From an uncultured Bacteroidota bacterium (GTDB taxonomy: Bacteria; Bacteroidota; Bacteroidia; Flavobacteriales; Flavobacteriaceae): a DNA stretch of 64,000 nt. Below the pieces are notes generated by a model. The model saw nothing but the letters and a program-made list of their open reading frames with translations. It searched no databases and was not told the origin of the DNA. The stretch covers positions 27,667 through 91,666 of the forward strand of contig CACECH010000002.1 of the NCBI GenBank assembly GCA_902558025.1, written 5' to 3'. Both the position numbers and the translations under genes were made by a program. Each line of letters opens with the position of its first letter. The stretch's first letter is position 1. Below are positions 57,672 through 64,000 of the stretch, piece by piece.

Positions 57672-60131
57672 TTATTCAAGACGTATATTACTTATTCCTA
57701 TTTCAACCCCAGGTTTAGCTTTAATTAAAATTGAAGATGTTATACTAGACATGTCAATACCAAGATTTTCAAAATCTTTTAGGCTAATCATGTATTCTGT
57801 CCATTCATTATTAATTTCAATTTCAAGTGTTTGATTACAATCTAAGCTAATGTCACATTGTCCAATTTGAATTTTTTCATTAGAAGCTGAAAAAGATTTT
57901 GCATTGAAAGCAAGCTTCATCGCTCCATTGGATTGGCGTGTCATATTATCTGGTTGATCTGTAGAAATTCGAAAATAATCACCATCTTCAGAAGGTGAAT
58001 ATCTTGTCTCATCTCCTAATGTCCAATGAATTCTTAATGCATCTTCTTGAGCTAAGTGATCAGTCTTACTTATAATTAGGCCTCCAACAGATGTAGGAAA
58101 ACCTGCAATTTGCTTTTCAAGATCTCCTGAAATCAAAAATAATTTCCATGGAGCGACTACAGCACCTTTAGTATAAAATTGTCCAGTTGATGCAAGTTCT
58201 GAATTTTCAAGTCCAGAGTCTACTGATAGTAAAGCAATTTGAGATTTACTTTCATAGCTTAATCCATACCCCAAGTCAAACAGTTTTTCACTATTATTAG
58301 AAACTTTAGCTTTAGCAGGCCAGCTAAAAGATAATCTACCTGTAAAATCATATGATGGGTCTACTCTAAATAGTAAATCTGAAATTCCGCCGCCTTCACT
58401 TCCTGGAAGCCATGCAGCTACAAATGCATCTGAATTATTCATTTCAGGGTTGGTCCACATTGGTCGTCCAGAGAGAAAAACTGAAACTACCGGAATTTCT
58501 CGATTTTTATAATTCTCTAAAATATTAGTATCGAATACATTGGAAACAAAATCAAGATTTTCTCTATCGCCTTGAAACTCTGCATAGGGGTCTTCTCCAT
58601 ATACAGCTATAACGATATCAACATCTTGATTAAAGTACCCATCTTCACTGAAGAATAAGTTTCCACCTGATTTACTAATAACCTCTTTTATTCCTTCAAA
58701 AATTGATGTAGCATTAGGAAATTCTTCATTTGTGTGATTATTACCTTGCCATGATAGAGTCCAACCTCCGGTTGCCTTTGAAATTCTTTTAGCTCCATCT
58801 CCGATTACTAAAATAGTTTTTGAGGGATCTATTGGTAATGTTTGATTATTATTTTTAAGAAGAACCATAGATTCTCTTACAGCTTGTCTAGCAATTTCTC
58901 TATTTTCAGGAAGAGCTAATTGAGTTTCATCACCTGCATTAACTCTTGAACTTGGTAGGCCTTTTTCAAAAATTCCAGATGCAATTTTAACTCTCAAAAT
59001 TCGCCTAACAGCATCATTCAATCTCTCCATCGATATAGTACCGTCTTTCACATGCTGTAAAGTACTTTCATATAATCCTTTCCAGCTATCTGGAGCCATA
59101 TACATATCTAAACCAGCATTTAGAGACTGTGGACAATCTGTGTTTATACAACCTGGCACTTGGCCATGTCCATTCCAATCTCCAACTATGAAACCATTGA
59201 AACCCATCTTTCCTTTTAAAACATCAGTTAAAAGCTCTTTATCTCCATGTAATTTTCTGCCCTTCCAACTAGAGAAAGAAGCCATTACAGTTTGAACACC
59301 GGCTGGAATTGAACTATAATATCCGGCAGCATGAACTTTACTTAATTCTTTTTCACTAATTATTGCATCACCTTGGTCAACACCATTAACAGTTGCTCCA
59401 TCTGCAAGAAAATGTTTAGCACTAGAAATTACTTTACCGTCTCCCATGAATTTATTAGAGCCAAAAAGACCTTGTAGACCAATTACGATTCTATCTCCAT
59501 ATGATCTAACAATTTCAGGGTCTTCAGAAAAACCTTCATAGCTTCTACCCCACCTTATATCTTTTGGAACTGCAAGTGTTGGAGCAAATGTCCAATCATG
59601 TCCCGAAACAGTTAGTTCATGAGCAGTTATATTTGCTATTTTTTCTATAAGATCAGGATTATTAGTTGCACCTAAACCAATATTATGAGGAAAAATAATA
59701 GACCCCTTTAAATTTGCATGTCCATGGACAGCATCTATTCCCCAAATTATTGGTATAGCAATTTCAACATCATCATCTTCAATTGATGCACTAAAATATT
59801 TATCAGCCATTTCAAGCCAAGATTTTGTTTCAGCATATGGCAAAGGCCCAGGAGCAGAATTTCCTCCGCTAAGAACAGAACCAAGTCTGTACTTTTTGAC
59901 ATCTTCTGGTGTAACATGATCACTGTCACCCTGAATTACTTGACCTACTTTTTGCTCTAAAGTTAGTTTAGGAATTATTTCATCAATTTGTTTTTCAATG
60001 TCTGGATCGAGAGGTAAAGGTTCAATACTAGTCCATATATTATTAGAATTTATATTATCACAGCCTAAAAAAAGTTTTGAAGCCAATAAAAAAGTTACTA
60101 TTAAGGTGGCTTTGGATCTTATATAATGCAT
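57672..60131 (-). CDS. GH3 exo-beta-glucosidase / exo-1,3/1,4-beta-glucanase lipoprotein (ExoP/ExoI-like)
   Basis: 819 aa with a lipobox (LFLGC). The catalytic nucleophile context is GFIVGDWNGH (compare barley ExoI GFVISDW). It has the GH3 C-terminal alpha/beta sandwich plus an extra beta-domain of ~200 aa. Confidence 0.88.
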   Translation of the reverse strand: MHYIRSKATLIVTFLLASKLFLGCDNINSNNIWTSIEPLPLDPDIEKQIDEIIPKLTLEQKVGQVIQGDSDHVTPEDVKKYRLGSVLSGGNSAPGPLPYAETKSWLEMADKYFSASIEDDDVEIAIPIIWGIDAVHGHANLKGSIIFPHNIGLGATNNPDLIEKIANITAHELTVSGHDWTFAPTLAVPKDIRWGRSYEGFSEDPEIVRSYGDRIVIGLQGLFGSNKFMGDGKVISSAKHFLADGATVNGVDQGDAIISEKELSKVHAAGYYSSIPAGVQTVMASFSSWKGRKLHGDKELLTDVLKGKMGFNGFIVGDWNGHGQVPGCINTDCPQSLNAGLDMYMAPDSWKGLYESTLQHVKDGTISMERLNDAVRRILRVKIASGIFEKGLPSSRVNAGDETQLALPENREIARQAVRESMVLLKNNNQTLPIDPSKTILVIGDGAKRISKATGGWTLSWQGNNHTNEEFPNATSIFEGIKEVISKSGGNLFFSEDGYFNQDVDIVIAVYGEDPYAEFQGDRENLDFVSNVFDTNILENYKNREIPVVSVFLSGRPMWTNPEMNNSDAFVAAWLPGSEGGGISDLLFRVDPSYDFTGRLSFSWPAKAKVSNNSEKLFDLGYGLSYESKSQIALLSVDSGLENSELASTGQFYTKGAVVAPWKLFLISGDLEKQIAGFPTSVGGLIISKTDHLAQEDALRIHWTLGDETRYSPSEDGDYFRISTDQPDNMTRQSNGAMKLAFNAKSFSASNEKIQIGQCDISLDCNQTLEIEINNEWTEYMISLKDFENLGIDMSSITSSILIKAKPGVEIGISNIRLE

Positions 60132-60244
60132 TATGATTTTTGTTGATTAATTTAATTTTTGTTTGAAGTAAATATAAGAATTAGTTCATACTCAAAAATC
60201 ACAAAAATTAAAAAGTATCTCAAAATCTTTATATAAATTTAGGT

Positions 60245-61636
60245 ATGAGAAAATTTAATAGAAGAAAGTTTTTGTCAACAACAGCTCTATCCTCAGCTGC
60301 AGTTTCAATTTCTACCGGGTTTATTGAGTATGAAAATAATAGTATTCCTTCAAACTCTTCCTATATGGGTGATTTCGCAGCCCCTAAAATTGAAAAAATT
60401 CGTATAGCAATTATAGGAGTTGGAGCTAGAGGTCATGGGCACACCTTGCAACTTGCTTCAATTGATGGAACCGAAATTGTTGCAATATCAGATCTTCATG
60501 AGGAGCTAGTTGATCGTTCAGTTTCGTCTTGTATTAAAATTGCTGAGGGGAGACACCAGAATATCGCTAGATATTTTGGAGATGAGAATAAATGGAAAAA
60601 AATGTTAAGTGAAGTTAAGCCAGATATGGTAATTATTGCGACTAATTGGAATAATCATGCTAAAATGGCTGTTGAGTCAATGAAAAATGGTGCACACACT
60701 TTTGTAGAAGTACCTATTGCAGTTACATTAAAAGAAATGTGGGAAATTGTTAATACTTCAGAGCAAACTCAAAAGCATTGTATGATGATGGAGAATGTAA
60801 ATTATGGAAGAGAAGAGCTTCTTTATCTTAATCTATGCAGAAAAGGAATTATCGGTGATATACTTCATGGAGAAGCTGCTTATATTCATGATTTACGTTA
60901 TCAAATGAAAAATGAAAAAACTGGAGAGGGTGTATGGCGCCCATATCACCTTGCAAAAAGAAATGGAAACTTATATCCTACTCATGGACTTGGTCCTGTA
61001 GCTCAGTATATGAATCTAGCTAGAACTGATGACCAATTCAGTATGATTATATCTTACTCTACTCCAGCTATTGGAAGGAACAAATATGCAAAAGAAAATT
61101 TTTCAGAGGAAAACCTATGGAATAACATAGATTTTAAAGGTGGAGACTTAAATACATCAATTATTAAAACCAATTTAGGAAGGACAATTATGGTTCAGTG
61201 GGATGAAACTAGTCCTAGACCATATTCAAGATTAAATCTTATTCAGGGAACAAAAGGTACACTTGCAGGTTATCCAACTAGGATAGCATTAAATGAAGGT
61301 GTTAAGGGAGTTACTAAGGATTCTCATAGTTGGGCAGAGGAGGAACAATTAGAGGAATTTTTCCAGGAGCATGAACATCCATTGTATAAAAGGTTAGGTG
61401 CTGTTGCAAAAAAAATGGGCGGTCATGGAGGAATGGATTTTATGATGAGATACAGAATGGTTGAGTGTTTAAGAAATGGATTGCCCTTAGATCAAAATGT
61501 ATATGAGGGATGTTTTTGGAGCGCTGTTTCACCTTTAAGTGAAGCCTCAGTTGCTGAAGGAGGGATGCCTCAAAAATTTCCTGATTTTACTCGAGGTAGA
61601 TGGGTAAATACTAACCCACTTCAAATAGTTAGTTAA
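60245..61636 (+). CDS. Tat-exported Gfo/Idh/MocA-family NAD-dependent oxidoreductase/glycosidase (GH109-like)
   Basis: 463 aa with the twin-arginine leader NRRKFLSTTALSSAA and the Rossmann motif IAIIGVGARGHGH. The length and leader match the GH109 alpha-N-acetylgalactosaminidase-like family. Confidence 0.8.
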   Translation: MRKFNRRKFLSTTALSSAAVSISTGFIEYENNSIPSNSSYMGDFAAPKIEKIRIAIIGVGARGHGHTLQLASIDGTEIVAISDLHEELVDRSVSSCIKIAEGRHQNIARYFGDENKWKKMLSEVKPDMVIIATNWNNHAKMAVESMKNGAHTFVEVPIAVTLKEMWEIVNTSEQTQKHCMMMENVNYGREELLYLNLCRKGIIGDILHGEAAYIHDLRYQMKNEKTGEGVWRPYHLAKRNGNLYPTHGLGPVAQYMNLARTDDQFSMIISYSTPAIGRNKYAKENFSEENLWNNIDFKGGDLNTSIIKTNLGRTIMVQWDETSPRPYSRLNLIQGTKGTLAGYPTRIALNEGVKGVTKDSHSWAEEEQLEEFFQEHEHPLYKRLGAVAKKMGGHGGMDFMMRYRMVECLRNGLPLDQNVYEGCFWSAVSPLSEASVAEGGMPQKFPDFTRGRWVNTNPLQIVS

Positions 61637-61658
61637 AAGAAAGAAAAAATGAGTTTAG

Positions 61659-61745
61659 CAGAGAGGATGGGATTCGAACCCACGATTCCATTTCTAGAAT
61701 ACACGCTTTCCAAGCGTGCGCCTTAAACCGCTCGGCCACCTCTCT
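61659..61745 (-). tRNA. tRNA-Ser (anticodon GGA)
   Basis: 87-nt reverse complement: AGAGAGGTGGCCGAGCGGTTTAAGGCGCACGCTTGGAAAGCGTGTATTCTAGAAATGGAATCGTGGGTTCGAATCCCATCCTCTCTG. It has a 7-bp acceptor stem (AGAGAGG/CCTCTCT), the anticodon stem-loop CACGC-TTGGAAA-GCGTG, a long variable arm, the T-loop GGTTCGAATCC and discriminator G. No CCA is encoded. Confidence 0.95.
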
Positions 61746-61768
61746 ATTTCATAAATTTATTTAAATTA

Positions 61769-62530
61769 TTAATTGCCAAAAATGTCTAAAGAGTTTTTTT
61801 GTGTAATATTTGAAACCTCATCTAAATCAATTTTATACAAATCTGCAATTTTCTCTGCAATTATTTTTATGTATGAACTTTCATTTCTTTTTCCTCTATA
61901 CGGAGTAGGTGCCAAATATGGTGAATCTGTCTCTAAAACAATTCTTTCAATAGGAATAGAACTTAAAAAATCAGAAATTTTTCCATTTTTAAAAGTTACT
62001 ACACCTCCAATACCAAGATGAAAGTTAAGATCAATAATTTTTTTTGCTTGTTCTTTATCTCCAGTAAAACAATGAAAAATTCCTCTTAGGTTTTCAGATT
62101 TAAATTTTTTCAAAACTTCATATATTTCATTAAAGGAATCTCTTGAGTGAATTACAATTGGAAGATTATTTTCTAAAGCCAGTTTAATTTGTTCTTCAAA
62201 AACATATACTTGCTGCTCAAAATATTTTTTTTCATGGTAAAGATCAATACCAATTTCACCTACAGCTTTATAGTCATGTTTTAGAATATTATCTTTTACA
62301 AATTTTAATTCTAAATCGTAATTCTTATTTACATAACATGGGTGTAATCCAATCATTAAGTAAAAAAACCCTGGAAACTTTTTTTCTAATTCAAGCATAC
62401 TGTGATTATGTTTTGAACTAATTGAGGGAAGATAACATCTAGTAACACCTACGTTAAGGGCTCTACTAACCACATCAGTAATATCTTCACTAAATTGTTC
62501 TAAGTATAAATGAGTATGAGTATCAATCAA
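61769..62530 (-). CDS. tatD: TatD-family metal-dependent hydrolase (DNase)
   Basis: 253 aa with a TTG start. It has the N-terminal IDTHTHL, GEIGLD-type GEIGIDLY, IHSRDS and ETDSPYL. Confidence 0.92.
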   Translation of the reverse strand: MIDTHTHLYLEQFSEDITDVVSRALNVGVTRCYLPSISSKHNHSMLELEKKFPGFFYLMIGLHPCYVNKNYDLELKFVKDNILKHDYKAVGEIGIDLYHEKKYFEQQVYVFEEQIKLALENNLPIVIHSRDSFNEIYEVLKKFKSENLRGIFHCFTGDKEQAKKIIDLNFHLGIGGVVTFKNGKISDFLSSIPIERIVLETDSPYLAPTPYRGKRNESSYIKIIAEKIADLYKIDLDEVSNITQKNSLDIFGN

Positions 62531-62531
62531 A

Positions 62532-63722
62532 TTAAGTAAGTCCTAGTGATTTCTCTATTTTACCATCCATCAGGATATTTTCAGGATCTTCAACACCTTC
62601 CTTAACAGCGATTAAAAAACCAACAGATTGATTTCCGTCAATAATTCTATGATCATATGATAAGGCTAGATACATCATTGGTCTGATTTCAACTTTACCA
62701 TCTACAGCAACTGGTCTTTGAATTATATTATGCATACCAAGAATTCCTGATTGAGGAGGGTTTATAATAGGTGTTGAAAGCATTGAACCAAAAACACCTC
62801 CATTTGAAATAGTAAATGTTCCGCCTGTTAAATCATCAACTGTTATAGTTTTATTTCTAACGCTGTCAGCCAATCTTTTTATTTCCTGTTCTGTAGACGA
62901 AAATGATAATTTTTGTGCATTCCTAAGTACAGGTGTCATTAGCCCTTTTGGTCCTGAGACTGCTATACTTATATCACTATAATTATACGATATTTTCTCG
63001 TCACCATCTATCATTGAATTAACATCAGGGTAAAGCTCCAATGCTCTTGTAACAGAAAGAGTGAAAAAGCTCATAAATCCGAGACTAACTCCATGTCTCT
63101 GTAAAAAAGCTTCTTTATATTTTTTTCTGATTTCAAATATATTAGAAAGGTCTGCTTCATTAAATGTGGTTAACATTGCAGTTTCGTTTTTAACTGAAAC
63201 CAGTCTCTCCGAAACCTTTCTCCTAAGCATAGAAAGTTTTTCTTTTGTTTCACTTCTTGAATCATCACTGGATGCACCCATTGCAGGTACTGCCTTTAGA
63301 ACATCATCTTTTGTAATTTTTTGACCCTCAGTTTTAATCTCATTAAGATCTATACCCTTCTCAGAGGCAATATTTCTAGCAAGTGGAGTAACACTTATAT
63401 TTTCACTTTGAGTTATTTGAGTCTTCTCTTCTTTAATAGACTCTATATTTGATTCAGTTTCATCGGTTTCTATTTCTGTGATAGATTCTGATGTATCAAT
63501 TAAACAAACCACATCACCTACAGACATTGAGTCTCCCTCATGTGCTTTTAGAGTAATTTTTCCAGATGCTTCCGCTGGAAGATCAAGTGTAGCTTTATCA
63601 GAGTCCAACTCAGCAATAGTCTGGTCCTTTCTCACAACATCTCCATCTTTTACAAGCCATTGGGAAATCTCTACTTCAGTAATTGACTCTCCTGGGGAAG
63701 GAATTTTCATTTCTAAGACCAT
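62532..63722 (-). CDS. sucB: 2-oxoglutarate dehydrogenase complex E2, dihydrolipoyllysine-residue succinyltransferase
   Basis: 396 aa (an alternative ATG at 63710 gives MKIPSPGES...). It has the lipoyl motif [14 protein letters not shown]3-binding [16 protein letters not shown], and catalytic SYDHRIIDG. Confidence 0.93.
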   Translation of the reverse strand: MVLEMKIPSPGESITEVEISQWLVKDGDVVRKDQTIAELDSDKATLDLPAEASGKITLKAHEGDSMSVGDVVCLIDTSESITEIETDETESNIESIKEEKTQITQSENISVTPLARNIASEKGIDLNEIKTEGQKITKDDVLKAVPAMGASSDDSRSETKEKLSMLRRKVSERLVSVKNETAMLTTFNEADLSNIFEIRKKYKEAFLQRHGVSLGFMSFFTLSVTRALELYPDVNSMIDGDEKISYNYSDISIAVSGPKGLMTPVLRNAQKLSFSSTEQEIKRLADSVRNKTITVDDLTGGTFTISNGGVFGSMLSTPIINPPQSGILGMHNIIQRPVAVDGKVEIRPMMYLALSYDHRIIDGNQSVGFLIAVKEGVEDPENILMDGKIEKSLGLT

Positions 63723-63911
63723 CTTAAATATATAGCTAGTTAATCAATCAAAATTAATGATAAAAAATTACTATTTAAATATTATGTAACCTAAATGTTA
63801 TAGATAGATTAGAACTTTAAATCAACTAAATTTTCATTTATCCAATCTTCATTAATATCGCTATCATCTATTACTGTATACCAAAGTTTATCTTTAGATT
63901 TAACATAGAAA

Positions 63912-64000
63912 TTATTTCTTAAAATTATTTTTAGTCTTATCAAAAACATATTCAATAACTTGATTATGTCTTCTCTCAAATCTAACATGACTTCCAGATG
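63912..64000 (-). CDS. Probable 3' end of 2-oxoglutarate dehydrogenase E1 (sucA), cut by the window edge
   Basis: The minus-strand frame is open at the edge and stops at 63912 (...SGSHVRFERRHNQVIEYVFDKTKNNFKK*). The G-x(n)-H-x-x-[VL]-[IV]-x-x-[AV]-[FL] tail resembles SucA C-termini (E. coli ...GYMSVHQKQQQDLVNDAL...). The position upstream of sucB fits. Only 29 codons are visible. Confidence 0.45.
   Translation of the reverse strand, partial: SGSHVRFERRHNQVIEYVFDKTKNNFKK

Noticed and set aside
63809-64000. Two minus-strand frames are open at the window edge, which could indicate a frameshifted pseudogene at an A/T run (…aaaaataattttaagaaataattt…).
   Set aside because: The frame ending at 63912 has a plausible SucA C-terminal pattern on its own. 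The other frame has no recognisable similarity and only a 46-59-aa Met-initiated ORF. With under 200 nt visible, a frameshift cannot be supported. The ambiguity is recorded in a low-interest finding.
1-64000. I searched by eye for CRISPR arrays, IS/transposase or integrase genes, prophage modules, restriction-modification or other defence genes, rRNA, and long direct or inverted repeats. I also looked near tRNA-Ser for an integration scar.
   Set aside because: None was found. Apart from the 48-bp tandem in pdhC I saw no long repeat. The tRNA-Ser flanks (22 and 23 nt) hold no att-like duplication that I could see. Every ORF over 100 aa is accounted for by a housekeeping or conserved-hypothetical family.

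Overview
This 64-kb window is AT-rich and very gene-dense. I call 66 protein-coding features (two are fragments cut by the window edges) and one tRNA-Ser(GGA). By my hand tally only about 1.4 kb (~2%) is non-coding. The content is almost entirely housekeeping:
- Replication, translation and cell wall: dnaG, queA, obg, tyrS, leuS, asnS, truB, frr, pyrH, murF, ftsX.
- Nucleotide and aromatic metabolism: adk, purK, purE, dihydroorotase, aroA.
- Central carbon: gcvP, pdhA-pdhC, sucB, ppc, acs plus an ActP-type symporter.
- Lipids and isoprenoids: two FabH-type KAS III genes, mlaEF, two mevalonate-pathway genes, a polyprenyl synthase.
- Other: an Fe-S cluster trio (mrp-nifU-fnr), rpoN, an ExbB/ExbD motor operon, and a small GH3 + GH109-like glycan module.

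Several features point to a streamlined, probably marine, member of the Flavobacteriia (Bacteroidota); this is inference, not a database result. They include the Bacteroidota-restricted families DUF4296, DUF4271 and DUF3098, the absence of Shine-Dalgarno sequences, TAnnTTTG -7 boxes just upstream of operon starts, a bacterial mevalonate pathway, and a signal-peptide ExbB.

I found no rRNA, CRISPR array, transposase, integrase, phage gene, toxin-antitoxin pair or recognisable defence gene. I cannot honestly point to a clear-cut new system.

The best candidates for under-described biology are:
- a translationally coupled vWA + ChlI/BchI-like AAA+ pair with deviant Walker motifs and no visible client;
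- a five-gene Ton-motor operon carrying an unknown 4-TM protein and an overlapping outer-membrane (OM) barrel, but no TonB;
- a primase whose four zinc ligands are all replaced;
- a NarL/LuxR response regulator with Glu at the phospho-acceptor position;
- an Ala-type alkyltransferase-like (ATL) protein;
- an Mrp/ApbC lacking its CXXC motif;
- a SemiSWEET start-stop coupled to leuS;
- a perfect 48-bp tandem duplication in the pdhC linker.

Two genome-architecture signals also stand out. Seven of the eight convergent gene junctions physically overlap. At least 11 genes need TTG or GTG start codons.
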